Notes under the pieces: generated by a model
The model's input: the letters and a program-made list of their open reading frames with translations, nothing else
What the model was told of the DNA's origin: nothing
Database searches by the model: none
Position numbers and translations under genes: made by a program
In this document: positions 19,258 to 31,000 of the stretch, in pieces
Numbering within the stretch: the first letter of the stretch is position 1
Layout of the letters: every line of letters begins with the position of its first letter
Assembly: GCA_964196115.1 (NCBI GenBank)
Contig: CAXMRQ010000181.1
Coordinates: 223-64,222, forward strand
Length of the DNA stretch: 64,000 bases
Source of the DNA: an uncultured Gammaproteobacteria bacterium
Lineage (GTDB): Bacteria > Pseudomonadota > Gammaproteobacteria > GCA-001735895
Direction: 5' to 3'

Positions 19258-21300
19258 TTAGCTGACGCGCATACCCGGTTTGGCGCCACTGTCCGGATGC
19301 AGCACATAGAGCTCCTTGTCACCCGACCCCGCGGCTAGCACCATGCCCTCTGATACACCGAAACGCATTTTCCTTGGCGCCAGATTGGCTACCATTACTG
19401 TCAGTTTACCTTCCAGGGCTTCGGGTTCGTAGGCACCGCTAATGCCGGCAAATACATTGCGCGTCTCGCTGCCGATATCCAGTGTCAGTTGCAGCAGCTT
19501 GTCCGACTTTTCGACGCGTTTCGCGGCGACAATACGCGCCACACGAAAATCGAGTTTGGCGAAGTCGTCGTAGTTGATTTGGTCGGCAATCGTTTCTATC
19601 GATGGGTCGCCTGAATTGCCTGTACCGGCATTGATCTTGTTTTCCTCGATTATGGCCTCTTTAGTGGCTTCGATCATACGCTCGATAAAGACAGGTTCGA
19701 TACGCGTCATCAATGGCTCGAAGCGGTTGATTTTATGACCCAGCAAATCGGTTTCGAGATCCGCCCACTTTAGCGCATCGACGCTGAGGAAGGTTTCGGC
19801 CTGCGATGCCAGTCGCGGTAATACCGGTTTGAGTAAAATAACCAGTTGGCGAAAGCAGTTAAGGCCAATCGTGCAAATGTCCTGAACCTCGGCATGGCGG
19901 GCTTCGTCCTTGATCGCAACCCAGGGCTGTTTTTCATCGATGTACTGATTCGCCCGATCTGCTAGCGCCATGATCTCACGCATCGCGCGGCCGAATTCGC
20001 GGTCTTCATAAGCTTTGGAAATACTGTCAGCAGCCTCGCTAAATTGCTTGCTTAGGCTGGTATCGCTCATGCTTTCGGACAGCATCGCATCGAATCGCTT
20101 GTTGATAAAGCCGGCGCAACGGCTGGCGATATTAACCACCTTGCCGACCAGGTCGGAATTCACGCGGGCACTGAAATCTTCCAGATTTAAATCGATATCA
20201 TCGACCCCGGGCCCGAGTTTGGCGGCGAAATAGTAGCGCAGGTACTCAGGATTTAAATGTTCGAGATAGGTTCTCGCCTTGATGAAAGTACCGCGTGACT
20301 TCGACATTTTCTGGCCGTCAACGGTTAAAAATCCGTGGCAATAAACCGCGCTGGGCTTTCTGAATCCGGCACCATGCAACATCGCAGGCCAGAATAGCGT
20401 ATGGAAGCGAGCAATGTCTTTGCCGATAAAATGAAACAGTTCAGTTTCGCTATCTTTGTTCCAGTATTTGTCGAAGTCGTAATCGTTTTTCTCACACCAG
20501 TTTTTAAAACTCGCCATGTAGCCAATCGGTGCGTCGAGCCAGACATAAAAATATTTACCCGGCGCATCGGGTATCTCGAATCCCCAGTAGGGTGCGTTGC
20601 GCGATATATCCCAGTCCTTTAAGCCCTCGTTAAGCCATTCATCCATCTTGTTGGCAATTTCTTTTTGAATGTGCCCGGCCCGGGTCCAGACTTTGAGCAT
20701 GTCTTCGAAGTCTTCGAGTTTGAAAAAGTACTGTTCCGAATCTTTTTCGACCGGAGTTTCACCTGTCACTACCGAGATCGGGTTTTTCAGGTCAGTGGGT
20801 TCGTAGGTCGCGCCGCAACTCTCGCAATTGTCACCGTATTGATCGGCCGTGCCACATTTCGGGCATTCGCCCTTAATAAAGCGATCCGGCAGAAACATTT
20901 CCGCCTTCGGGTCGTAAGCCTGCGAGATGACTTTCGTGCGGATATGGCCGCCTTCTTTATTGCGAGAATAAATCAGTTCAGAAAAATAACGGTTTTCGTC
21001 CGAGTGGGTACTGTAATAATTATCGAATTCAATCAGGAATTCGGAGAAATCCTGCTCGTGTTCGATTTTTATACGATCGATTAAAACCTGTGGGGTGACC
21101 CCCTCAGCCTGCGCGCGCAGCATGATCGGGGTGCCGTGGGCATCGTCGGCGCAGACATAGATACATTCGTGCCCGCGTAATTTCTGGAAGCGCACCCAGA
21201 TATCGGTTTGAATATACTCCAGCAAATGACCGATATGGATCGGGCCATTGGCATAGGGCAGGGCGCTGGTAACGACGATTTGGCGTGGTTCGGAACTCAT
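19258..21300 (-). CDS. metG: methionine--tRNA ligase
   Basis: Has the HIGH motif ([15 protein letters not shown]), KMSKS, a zinc knuckle (CPKCG...CESCG) and a C-terminal tRNA-binding EMAP-like domain. The start is chosen at ATG 21300 ([19 protein letters not shown]). Confidence 0.9.
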   Translation of the reverse strand: MSSEPRQIVVTSALPYANGPIHIGHLLEYIQTDIWVRFQKLRGHECIYVCADDAHGTPIMLRAQAEGVTPQVLIDRIKIEHEQDFSEFLIEFDNYYSTHSDENRYFSELIYSRNKEGGHIRTKVISQAYDPKAEMFLPDRFIKGECPKCGTADQYGDNCESCGATYEPTDLKNPISVVTGETPVEKDSEQYFFKLEDFEDMLKVWTRAGHIQKEIANKMDEWLNEGLKDWDISRNAPYWGFEIPDAPGKYFYVWLDAPIGYMASFKNWCEKNDYDFDKYWNKDSETELFHFIGKDIARFHTLFWPAMLHGAGFRKPSAVYCHGFLTVDGQKMSKSRGTFIKARTYLEHLNPEYLRYYFAAKLGPGVDDIDLNLEDFSARVNSDLVGKVVNIASRCAGFINKRFDAMLSESMSDTSLSKQFSEAADSISKAYEDREFGRAMREIMALADRANQYIDEKQPWVAIKDEARHAEVQDICTIGLNCFRQLVILLKPVLPRLASQAETFLSVDALKWADLETDLLGHKINRFEPLMTRIEPVFIERMIEATKEAIIEENKINAGTGNSGDPSIETIADQINYDDFAKLDFRVARIVAAKRVEKSDKLLQLTLDIGSETRNVFAGISGAYEPEALEGKLTVMVANLAPRKMRFGVSEGMVLAAGSGDKELYVLHPDSGAKPGMRVS

Positions 21301-21818
21301 CTGCGAGGTATGTTTGCGTAAAGCAGCGTAGTTTATGTGTTGCGCAGGGAGCTGTATAGCCCGCAAATTGCATGAAGGCGGTAACATATTATGAATTTCA
21401 TCAATACTTTCAAATATATTGGTGGAAAAACCACTAAAATTGCAAAATATAGTTTATACCTGAACGAATTACTACAGACATCCTGCCTTTCGCCCTTCGG
21501 GCCAGCAGAGCTGTTCAAATTCGTTCCAGACGAATTAGTCAGGAAAAATCTGACTGCTTCGGCAAGCCGCTCCTGCGTTGCTCTACCACCTACAATCCCT
21601 GTAGGCGATCTTGGCCGATCCCCCTTGAACCATAGCTACGGCTATGCTTCGGCGGGCGATCCACCAACCTTGTTTGCCATATTTCCCCTGAACTTCGTTC
21701 CCTTCATGCAATATGCGGGTTAGCAATTGAACAAACGCATAAAAACTAAGTGATATTAGGGTGGTACCTCATGTAAAATGCCCGCCTCGTATAAAAACCC
21801 GCGGATATAGAGTTTTAA

Positions 21819-22907
21819 ATGTCTATCACCAAACAGCAAATTGAAACTGCTCTGAGCCAGGTTGTTGACCAACACATGGACGCCGACCTGATGGCGGCAA
21901 AGTCGGTCAAGGATATCGCAATCGATGGCGACAAAGTCAGTATTACACTGGAACTCGGATACCCGGCAGCGGGTTACTTCGATACTCTGAAGCAGGCGGT
22001 ACGCGATCAGCTCGCGGGAATTGAGGGCATCGGCGATATCGATGTCAAGGTATCGAGCAAGATCAAATCCCATACGGTGCAGCAAAATCTGAAACCGCTG
22101 GTTGGGATAAAGAATATTATCGCCGTCGCCTCGGGTAAGGGCGGTGTCGGCAAGTCCACCACCGCGGTAAATCTGGCGCTGGCATTGCAGGCCGAAGGTG
22201 CGACGGTTGGTATCCTCGATGCCGATATTTATGGGCCGAGTATTCCACGAATGCTGGGCTGCCAGGGTCAACCAGATTCATCTGATGGCAAGAGCCTGGA
22301 GCCGATGATTGGTCATGGCATTCAGTCGATGTCGATTGGATATTTGGTTGAGGAAGATACACCGATGATCTGGCGCGGCCCGATGGTCACCCAGGCACTG
22401 GAACAACTGCTCAACGACACACGCTGGAAAGATATCGACTATATGGTAGTCGACTTGCCACCCGGCACCGGTGATATACAGTTGACATTGGCGCAGAAAA
22501 TTCCGGTGAGCGGTGCAATCATCGTCACCACACCGCAGGATATTGCCCTGATGGATGCGAAAAAGGGATTGAAAATGTTTGAAAAGGTTGAAGTGCCGGT
22601 ACTTGGTATAGTGGAGAATATGAGTATCCATATCTGTAGCCAGTGTAACCACGCCGAGCATATATTTGGTGAGGGCGGCGGTTTACGCATGGCCGAGGAG
22701 CACGGCGTCGACTTTCTCGGTGCACTTCCGCTCGATATCCGTATTCGCGAACAGGCAGACAGTGGCAACCCGACTGTTGCGGCGATGGCAGATAGTCAGA
22801 TTAGCGCTATTTATCGTGAGATTGCGCGTAAGACAGCCGCTAAACTGGCGACCAGGGCAAAAGATCATTCTGCTGCGTTTCCGAGTATTGTTATTGAAAA
22901 TAATTGA
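21819..22907 (+). CDS. apbC: Fe-S cluster carrier ATPase ApbC/Mrp
   Basis: Has an N-terminal DUF59-like region and a deviant Walker A (SGKGGVGKST). It is divergent from metG, as in enterobacteria. Confidence 0.85.
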   Translation: MSITKQQIETALSQVVDQHMDADLMAAKSVKDIAIDGDKVSITLELGYPAAGYFDTLKQAVRDQLAGIEGIGDIDVKVSSKIKSHTVQQNLKPLVGIKNIIAVASGKGGVGKSTTAVNLALALQAEGATVGILDADIYGPSIPRMLGCQGQPDSSDGKSLEPMIGHGIQSMSIGYLVEEDTPMIWRGPMVTQALEQLLNDTRWKDIDYMVVDLPPGTGDIQLTLAQKIPVSGAIIVTTPQDIALMDAKKGLKMFEKVEVPVLGIVENMSIHICSQCNHAEHIFGEGGGLRMAEEHGVDFLGALPLDIRIREQADSGNPTVAAMADSQISAIYREIARKTAAKLATRAKDHSAAFPSIVIENN

Positions 22908-23281
22908 TAAACTATCCGGAGCCTGATCCTAATTACTTGGCAGTTTGCCCGCCGAGTTCATTGAGCGTGTAAATTCCGCTTTAACCCGCCCCCAGTCTTA
23001 AGCCAGGGGTGGGGGTTAATCAAAAGCTTTAAATCTTGTTATTATCAACACGATAGTACTAAAGCAGACATTGACAGAATTAAGTCGAACTTCCGGGGTC
23101 AACTGTGGGTTCAGAGAAGTTCTCGATGGTTAATTGAATGGCTGCTTATGGAAAAAGGACCCTCCCAAACAGGTTGATAACTTCCAGGGGGGCGAATTAA
23201 ATCATTCACCGTACTCTAAAAACTTCCCACTAATAACCAGAGGCGTCCTAAGATAAACGCTATGTTTTACTAATTAATCGG

Positions 23282-24310
23282 CTACTCTAGTTCGCCATAA
23301 CTGTACCAGAGCAGCGTGGGTGCTAATGGACTGTCTCGTTCTATCCAGATCAGATGCAATCCACCCGTTTGATCCAGTGCCACCGAAACATGTGATTGCT
23401 CACCCGGTCCGGAGGCAATAGCGGGACTAAAATTTTCACCCCATTCTCCGTCTTCATCAAGGCTGGTTAGCCAGATATCGGAATCACCGCTTCTGTAGTC
23501 ATCCCAGGCTACTAGCATCGAACCGTCGGGATTTCCACTCGTGGCAGGATTGGAATGCGGCAGTTTATCACCTTCCGCCCCATGGATTTTCTCATTGGGA
23601 CCGAAGGCGCCTTCACTGCCAATCGAAGAGAATATGCCATAACCTCCTCTTCGGCGTTTATCCATCCAGGCGGCGACAATTTCATCGTCAGAAAAGTCTG
23701 CCATCGAGACCCGGGTCACACCGTTGCCTTTGTCGTATTCAGTTCGGTTTGAGTAAAATTCGTTCAGATATGACGGTGCCATGAAATTTTTTGCCTGATC
23801 AGCTGAAAAGCTGAATTTCAACCGTGTGTGTCCTGCGGTGCGATCTTCCCAGGCCACATAAAGTCCAGATTTATTAGATGCCAGGGTGGGGAACAGGACG
23901 GGTGTATCATAAGGTTTTGATTCGACGGGCTCGATCGAGAGTAACTCAGTGTTCTGTTTTTGTGCGCTCGACAGTCGAGCAACCTGCAGGCTCCATGTTC
24001 GGCCCTGTTGCTCTCGCCATACCACGTAGATCTGATCATTGTAGGTCGCCACGCTCGATTGACTGGCCAACGAGTCTGAAGAAAGCTTTAGTGGTTTGTT
24101 TAAAGATTGCCCGTCGTGAGTATTAAGATAAATAGCCCCATCCTGTTCCCAGACCAGCACAAACCGACCGTCCGCCAAACTGGCAATAGCCGGTTCGTAA
24201 GCTTCTCTACCGGTACTCACTTTTAGCGCAGATGTAAAGCCCGGATCGGTTCTGACATTTAGTGCCAGATATATTTGTGGGTCGCCGCTACGATCATCTT
24301 CCCAGAGCAC
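23282..24310 (-). CDS. PD40/TolB-like beta-propeller repeat protein (N-terminus uncertain)
   Basis: A repeat unit of the form ...VAWxDxRSGDxDIWL... recurs about six times. The open frame continues upstream to a stop at 24515-24517 with no ATG/GTG/TTG, although it encodes a hydrophobic signal-like segment (KIIGLAISIWFYAISF). Confidence 0.55.
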   Translation of the reverse strand: MLWEDDRSGDPQIYLALNVRTDPGFTSALKVSTGREAYEPAIASLADGRFVLVWEQDGAIYLNTHDGQSLNKPLKLSSDSLASQSSVATYNDQIYVVWREQQGRTWSLQVARLSSAQKQNTELLSIEPVESKPYDTPVLFPTLASNKSGLYVAWEDRTAGHTRLKFSFSADQAKNFMAPSYLNEFYSNRTEYDKGNGVTRVSMADFSDDEIVAAWMDKRRRGGYGIFSSIGSEGAFGPNEKIHGAEGDKLPHSNPATSGNPDGSMLVAWDDYRSGDSDIWLTSLDEDGEWGENFSPAIASGPGEQSHVSVALDQTGGLHLIWIERDSPLAPTLLWYSYGELE

Positions 24311-24482
24311 GGCAATCTTATCGCCCGAAACAGCGATATGTTTACGGCCGGCGCCTTCCAGGTGGTGATAAGTGCTTTTGATGGCATCTCCGGTAATGGC
24401 TATACGTTCGCTGAATTGCCACTGCGCAGATAACTCGAAGGATATGGCATAAAACCAAATCGATATCGCTAATCCAATAATT

Positions 24483-24986
24483 TTAATTCGACAGGCTCCT
24501 GGACAAATACTGCTTTAAAGTTGTCGTTTTATAATGCCCCTGTGATACAAAATCACTGTACTGCTGCATCTGCGCAATGGATTGAAATCCTGATTTTTTA
24601 AACAGCGGTTTTTGATCTTCGGAAAAATAGATAAAGGTAGGCGTGCCCTGGATTCGGCTTCGCGATGCAAACTGCATTTCGGTTGTACGTTCACCGTTAG
24701 CCAGGCGGATGCGTTTACCGCTTTCGGTATCGACATAGGCCAGTACAAACCGTTCAGACATGTTTTGTCTCAATGTCGAGTCTGAGAACACTTCCTTATG
24801 CATCTTGCGGCAGGTATTGCAACCGTAACGCCCGAAGTATAGAAACATGGGTTTATTGTCATCATCAGCCTGTTTCAGAGCCTGGTCGAATGAAACAAAA
24901 TCATATTGTTCAGGTGGCGCGGCCAGAGCATGCTGAAACATGAAACCTGCCAGGCATATAAATAGCATTGAATAAAATTTATTCAT
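24483..24986 (-). CDS. secreted thioredoxin-fold protein (CxxC)
   Basis: Carries a signal peptide (MNKFYSMLFICLAGFMFQHALA) and a redox motif GCNTC in a thioredoxin-like context. Confidence 0.65.
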   Translation of the reverse strand: MNKFYSMLFICLAGFMFQHALAAPPEQYDFVSFDQALKQADDDNKPMFLYFGRYGCNTCRKMHKEVFSDSTLRQNMSERFVLAYVDTESGKRIRLANGERTTEMQFASRSRIQGTPTFIYFSEDQKPLFKKSGFQSIAQMQQYSDFVSQGHYKTTTLKQYLSRSLSN

Positions 24987-25096
24987 TTGGCAATGACTTT
25001 CCGGCTTTCATTTAATATTAAAGTAAAATTTACGCCTACGACTCAAAAATATCAATATTCGTTGGCTGTTAATTGCCGACCTTCCTGGATGATCGA

Positions 25097-25200
25097 TTAA
25101 AACTGTCCGCTTTGGTAATCCATATAAGCCTGCTGTAATTCTGCCTGATTGTTTATTACAAATGGCCCGCTGCGGGCAATGGGTTCGCCAGGCGGTTTGT
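25097..25200. repeat. direct repeat: displaced copy of the pirin gene 3' end (left boundary of inserted island)
   Basis: A 104 bp stretch about 93% identical to 32449-32552, which is the 3' end of the intact pirin gene on the minus strand. Confidence 0.8.
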
Positions 25201-25496
25201 CGGCCACAAATATGGCTGGTTGAGATTTTCATCACTATATTCTCGGAGCTACAAAGGTACAATGCGTTACCAATATTTTGGAAAGTTACCGACCGACACA
25301 TTTCGGTCCAAATTACTAATTATTAACAATTCAGTTTCGTTACTGCCCGCTGTGATAATTCATATGAGGCTGTCGCAGCCTGAAGCTACCCTCTAACAGA
25401 ACAATGACAGGTATTGCCGTGTCGCCCCTGTCTCGGGATAGTGCACGCCTACTAACTGCTGCAACATTACATTGGTGTACTATATTAGATGAGCAA

Positions 25497-26600
25497 ATGG
25501 CCATTTTTGAAAAAGAAATACTAAAGGTAATCTCGGACAAGGATATCGTCGACCTGTCGAAGGCTTCAATCAACCAAAATCTCTCTACTGTCGATTTTGA
25601 TCAGGATGCGAAATTCTTTTATATCACGATTGACCGAATACTATTTTCTAATCCAGTTAGCACGATCAAAACGGTGCTTGATGCGCATGGTTTTGTACCT
25701 AATCTAGAAAATATTTTATCCTGCCTGGACAGTCTTAACTTTTCCATATATGGCAAGAGCCCCGGAAAGGGCAATAAGAATTCGCCAGCTAAAGTCAGTG
25801 AATATTTCCCCTGCATCCGATTCGAATTACCGAAAAAAAATAATATTGGCGATACCCTTCGCAGCTTTTATGATGAGATTTCCAAATACGAATCGAAACT
25901 ATCTGACAAGAATTTACCCGCGTGGGCGCCGAACCCGGAACTTAAAAAGAACAAAGATCTGCGCGAGGAAATAAAGCAACTGAAGGCCGCCAACGAAGAG
26001 CTTTCAGATCAGGTTAGTGTGCTCACTCAACAATTAAACCGGGAGCAGAAATCACTTAGCAGGGCATCCCGGGCGCTGGATTCGCAACGCGTATTACCGG
26101 AAAACGCGAAAATGTGCCGAGTCGAGAAGGTCGACCTGAAGCGCCGAAAAATTAAAGTGAAGTGCCAGAAGGAAGTCATCGATATCCCGACCCATATGCT
26201 GGATCGAATTCCCAATTTTCAGGAGCGCTGCCTGATCATTCTGGAAGAAGGCCTGGATCTGCCGCTCGGCATTATCTTTTTCACCAGCGAGGAAATTGAT
26301 CGTCTGGAAAAGCGTACCGCGGAACTTTTATACGTCGAGAAAGACAGGTTTAAGGCTCGCGATTCTATGCGTAACGAATTTCAAATCAAAGCTGTGAATC
26401 CGATGGAGGCAGAAACCATAAAATCACTCAGCCGTGGCATGAAAGTGGTTATTTCTATCGTCGATGGTTACGTGGTTCATTTTTCCGTCTATGGCTCAAA
26501 AAATTCGGCGCAGTTTACCAGTCGCATACAGGAACAGCTGATTGTATATGACATTGCCAAAAATCAATTAGTTAACCTGGCTGAAGATAAAAAACAGTAA
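25497..26600 (+). CDS. hypothetical coiled-coil protein, first gene of island operon
   Basis: A central heptad-like segment (LREEIKQLKAANEELSDQVSVLTQQLNREQKSL) is present and I recognise no family. An alternative upstream start lies at 25404. The next gene begins 17 nt after this one ends. Confidence 0.5.
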   Translation: MAIFEKEILKVISDKDIVDLSKASINQNLSTVDFDQDAKFFYITIDRILFSNPVSTIKTVLDAHGFVPNLENILSCLDSLNFSIYGKSPGKGNKNSPAKVSEYFPCIRFELPKKNNIGDTLRSFYDEISKYESKLSDKNLPAWAPNPELKKNKDLREEIKQLKAANEELSDQVSVLTQQLNREQKSLSRASRALDSQRVLPENAKMCRVEKVDLKRRKIKVKCQKEVIDIPTHMLDRIPNFQERCLIILEEGLDLPLGIIFFTSEEIDRLEKRTAELLYVEKDRFKARDSMRNEFQIKAVNPMEAETIKSLSRGMKVVISIVDGYVVHFSVYGSKNSAQFTSRIQEQLIVYDIAKNQLVNLAEDKKQ

Positions 26601-26617
26601 AGCTTAGAGGCTCACCC

Positions 26618-27436
26618 ATGAATGGTTTAAAAGACAAGAAGTACCTCAGCGTTTCAAACCGACGATTTGATCCGATAACCGTGTTTTTCAGTGTCGCATT
26701 ACTCGCTGCTGTTCTGGTTTCGGCGGTCGGCATCGATACCGGTCTTGGAATAGGGCTTGGTTCGGGTAATACCATAATGTTCAACGATTTTCGTAGTTTT
26801 TTCTTTGTTGTCGGTGGAACCCTCGGTGTGCTGTTGTTCCAGTTCGATGTGGAAACATTCTTCCACACCATTGTGCTGGTAGTTCGCTCGTTTATTGCCA
26901 ACCCGGTTAAACATCTCAACCCGGTAATCAACGAGCTTGACGATATGATTATCAAGGGCGGAAGCATTCTTGATATGCGTGATGGCAGTGAAATTACCGG
27001 CGAATTGCTCAATGACATTATCCATATGCGCAAGGAAAAGCTTTTCTATGAAGAAATTGAAGACTTTGTTACTAACCGCGTCGCGTCGGTTTTCCTGTTG
27101 CGAAAAGTATCAGCCTCGTTGCTCAACAAGGGTTCAAAAGTGGCACCAGCACTCGGCTTGCTGGGTACCGTTATTGGACTAATCGAGGTGCTACAGTCAC
27201 TTGAGAACCCGACCCAAATCGGCCCGGCGATGTCGCTGGCTTTGATGACCACAGCATTTGGTTCGATACTCGGTTCGCTGGTATTTACGCCATTGGCCGG
27301 TCGACTGGAACATCATAATAATATTTATATTGAAACCCATAAGCTGCTGATGAATCGTGTCAGTGCGTTAATTCGCCGCGAAGAACGTCAACTCGATTCG
27401 ATGTCGATGAATACCAAGATGGGTGGAGCGGCGTGA
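26618..27436 (+). CDS. MotA/TolQ/ExbB-family proton-channel protein (short, no cytoplasmic tail extension)
   Basis: Shows conserved TM3/TM4 signatures (PALGLLGTVIGL ... GPAMSLALMTTAFGSILGSLVFTPLAG). The stop overlaps the next gene's start (ATGA). Confidence 0.8.
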   Translation: MNGLKDKKYLSVSNRRFDPITVFFSVALLAAVLVSAVGIDTGLGIGLGSGNTIMFNDFRSFFFVVGGTLGVLLFQFDVETFFHTIVLVVRSFIANPVKHLNPVINELDDMIIKGGSILDMRDGSEITGELLNDIIHMRKEKLFYEEIEDFVTNRVASVFLLRKVSASLLNKGSKVAPALGLLGTVIGLIEVLQSLENPTQIGPAMSLALMTTAFGSILGSLVFTPLAGRLEHHNNIYIETHKLLMNRVSALIRREERQLDSMSMNTKMGGAA

Positions 27437-28077
27437 GCCTCGAACAACTTTCTGCAGAATCCGACGAAGAGGGTCTTGATTCCTTTTACATAAGCTTTGG
27501 TGACTTAATGGTCATCCTATGTGTGTTTCTCGTGATGCTACTGACCATGAGTAAAATCGATATAGGCTCTTTCGAGAAAATTAAAAGCGTGATGACCGGC
27601 AGTACCGATAATACGCTGGTCGAGCTGTCGGAAACGCTCCGCGAAATTATCGAAACTGCACCGGGCATTCCTGGCGCGTCGGTTCAACTGGCTAAAGACG
27701 GCGTACGAGTGGATCTTGATACCGGCGTACTGTTTGCGCCGGGTAAGGCCGCGATCAAAGGCGAAGCACTGCATTCCATTGAGCCGCTTTTGAGAGAGAT
27801 TCTGAAGACTGAATATCTAATCGATATTGAAGGGCATACCGATGATGTGCCGTTTTATCGACTCACCGACGGTGAAGTCGAAACCAACTGGAGCCTGAGC
27901 GGCAAGCGCGCCAGTAGCGTCATATTGCATTTGCGAAATAGTGGCTTTTCAGCCAAACGGCTGCGCGCTGTGGGTTATGCGCACACGCGGGCGGTAGTCG
28001 ACATCAGAGGTAAGTCCGGCGTTGAGCTGGAAAATGCCAGAGCCCGAAATCGGCGAGTTTCGCTGCTAATACGATAA
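27433..28077 (+). CDS. MotB/OmpA-family protein (single TM with conserved Asp, peptidoglycan-binding C-terminus)
   Basis: The TM helix SFGDLMVILCVFLVM has an Asp at the MotB D32-equivalent position. The OmpA-like motif is IEGHTDDVPF...SGKRASSVILHL...NRRVSLLI. Confidence 0.8.
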   Translation: MSLEQLSAESDEEGLDSFYISFGDLMVILCVFLVMLLTMSKIDIGSFEKIKSVMTGSTDNTLVELSETLREIIETAPGIPGASVQLAKDGVRVDLDTGVLFAPGKAAIKGEALHSIEPLLREILKTEYLIDIEGHTDDVPFYRLTDGEVETNWSLSGKRASSVILHLRNSGFSAKRLRAVGYAHTRAVVDIRGKSGVELENARARNRRVSLLIR

Positions 28078-28096
28078 TAAGCGGTTAAGAATAAAA

Positions 28097-31000
28097 ATGG
28101 CAAAAACGAATTTAAGGCACGCAACAACCGAGATCAAGCTGTCAAAAAGAGGTGATCGGAATAATATATTTCGTATTCAGCGCTTCATAAACGATCATGG
28201 GTTCCAGATATATAGCCTCGAAAATACAGCCGAAGGTCGCAAAATATTTATCCCGCGTTTTATTTTTGGTCAGTTTCGCGCCGAAATAAAAATGATTCTT
28301 AACAATGAACTCAGCAAGAATCTTAGCAAGAAACAGGCTGGGCCATTCGAGCATCAAATTGAATTTCTTAATCGAGAGTATTTTTATTTTAAGTCCTCCG
28401 GTATGGATTTGAATAATTTGATTATTCAGGATATCGAGGAAAGAGAAGGGTCTTCAGGATACATCACGGTCAGCCGTCGTTGCCTGGCTGCGTTAGACAA
28501 GCTGCTTTACGATGGAAGGCTTCAGCACCCGAATGATGTGCTGGAGGAGATCATCTCCTACCATAAATTATTTCAGTTCAGTTTTGTCAAAGGCAGTAAA
28601 AGTATTACCAGTGCGCTCGCCTTGCGTAAGGACGTTCTGCAAAAAATAGAACGCTATACGCCAAGGCTCGCCCAGAAAGTCATCCTCGATGGTGATGTCA
28701 GCAACAGCGGCAAAGCGGGGCCAAAACCGGGTGTCGCACGACACTCAGGTGCCAATAAAGATGCCAATCTGTATCAGCCAAAACTCGGCGAACGGCTCAG
28801 TGAAAAAAACATCGAGGTCGATTATGAAGAAGTTTTTGGCGACCAGAAAATATCCCTTAATCCAGCCGCAGAGCAGGAAGACAGTGGCGCTAGCGGTAAT
28901 TCGAGAGGCAAGGCGATTCTTTCCCAGTTCGCCATACCTCTGGAAGCGGCTGAGGTCAAAAAGTTTGAAAGCGGTAAATTCTATTTTGAACTGAGCACGA
29001 CAGAATCGAGTATGTTCCGTGACAAATTTATCAATGATCGTTCCGCAGATTATTACCTTGGTTTTGAAATTGTTGATGCCCTGTTTACCTTCAACAGAAC
29101 CATTAAAACCTTCCGCTTTCCGCTTTACTACACCAGGGTTCGTATTCGTGAATCCGGTCGAGGGGTTCACCTGGAATCCAGGCAGAATGGTCAATTTTAT
29201 TTAAATCACCTGGCGCTTGCTCACCTGGTCGGCAAATTCAGTGAAACCGTTGCCGGTGTGGATAATGTTGATAAGTTTCTTAATACCCTGCTGGCTCAGG
29301 ATATCAGTGTAGATCAATTAAATGATCGCATTTGCCTGTCACGTTACCTACCCATAAAAGAAAGTATATTCGACCGCACCAGGGAAATTCTACTGGGCTA
29401 CAAGGATGAAAATGGCAAAGGTGGCATTCTCGGCGATTTAAAGGTGAATGGTATCGAATGCGACCTGGAGAGCGTCTACCTATACCGCGCACCGAAACTC
29501 CTCAATCCGATTGATCAGGCGCTCGAGCTCGATCTGGATAAAATTAATTCCATTGCACACCAATCCAGCAAACGCTTCTATCAGTCTTTACTGGGCACTT
29601 TTTTAACACCGGAACTACAGCTCGAAAATCCTGTCGAGGGGGAGTTCGCGCCCATTACCTGGATGCCCGGGATGCTACCACAGAGTACACGAGCGCTAGT
29701 AGACGGTTTGAATAAACATAATCTGGTGTTACTCGAAGGTCCTCCGGGCACCGGCAAGACGCACACCATCATGAATTTGTTAATCCACTGTATTAACAGC
29801 AAGCAAAGGATTTTGATTGTCAGCGATCAGCAGGCCGCGATTGAAGCCTTGATCGAGAAATTAGAGGAATACTTAATCGGCGACGACAAGGGTACCCCGG
29901 CCGAGCGAAAATGGAAAGATCTATTGTTTGGTGCCATTAAGGTTATCGATGAGGTGGAAGTCGGTGACCATAGCCTGGAGGACATGGTTGCCAGGCTGAC
30001 TAAAGCTTTCAAGGTTCAGGAGCCGGGGCCTGGGTCGGGTGCTAGTGTGGATAATCTCGAGAAGAAGATTAAAGTCGTTAAACAAAACATTGCAAAACTT
30101 ACCGCTCAAATTACGCAAAAAATGATCGGTCAGATGAGCGAGGATGTGCCCTTTGATCATCGCGTGCTGAAAAAGGATCAGGCTCAAACTGATATTAAAA
30201 ATCTGCTTGAGTTTCTGGATTTGATCCAGGGCAAAAATTCACGACATCGTCAGCTAATCGATTCTTTTGTGCAAAATCGCTTTAATTTGATCAATGCAAA
30301 TATGCAGGAGTGTTATCATTTTTTCAAAATCCCCGCCAAAAACTTCGATGCCGAAGTCCGAATCCTGAAGGATGACGAAAAAATCCTGTCGTTAATTCTG
30401 CAGAGAAAGCCCAAAACTCTGGAGGCTTTTCATGAAATAACCAGAGAATATCCGCGCCACGAAATTATTCGTTATCTGGAATCGGTGATACAGGCGCAGG
30501 TTTCTCCGCAGGGCAATAGTTTGCTGAGATTGATCAAATTAATCCGCTCTGGTTTCAAATCGGAATTGTTGATAAGCACTAAAATTTTATTGCACAAGGT
30601 CAAGGATCAAATTGCCTTGCTAAAAATGTCGGATAGCTGGTCTGACGGACTCTGGGGACTATTGCGGGAAATACATGAATCGATTCGTATTGGCGATGAA
30701 CCCTCTCGTGCATTGGGTTTATATCGCAGTATTGATCAAAAAACACGTATCGATGTTGGCAATGATCCTGGCAAAGGGTCGTCCATACAGGGTGTACTTG
30801 AGGAGATTGCCGATTTATACACACAACACGACAAAATTATTAAGGAGCGCCTGGAACTAAACCTGCATGGGATTGTTCGGTCTGCTACCGCGTCGAAAAT
30901 GGGTTCTGGAACCAACAATATCACCAGCATCATGGCACTGGTTGATAATCTTAAACAATTTAAATCGATTAGCGAGAGCGGTAGTGTTTTTGAGGAGCTA

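Noticed and set aside
19258-21387. metG extended to 21387, and the protease gene extended to 19322
   Set aside because: Internal ATGs at 21300 ([10 protein letters not shown]...) and 19220 (signal peptide MKPISGLSLL...) give canonical N-termini. The longer forms would overlap neighbouring features.
21391-21723. 110-aa ORF in the metG-apbC intergenic region, and a tRNA-like possibility
   Set aside because: The ORF has no family and no RBS and runs through a repeat-Y remnant. I could not fold any ~75-nt segment into a cloverleaf with a plausible anticodon loop and T-arm.
22993-23040. Rho-independent terminator downstream of apbC (cccgcccc...ggggtgggg hairpin)
   Set aside because: The stem needs a G-U pair and is not followed by a convincing U-tract. 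I left it unannotated as low confidence.
26618-27436. Calling the MotA-like gene ZorA and the system Zorya type I/II
   Set aside because: ZorA proteins are about 700 aa with a long C-terminal tail, whereas this one is 272 aa. The associated effector is an SF1 helicase rather than ZorC/ZorD/ZorE, and a separate coiled-coil protein precedes it. The resemblance is architectural only.
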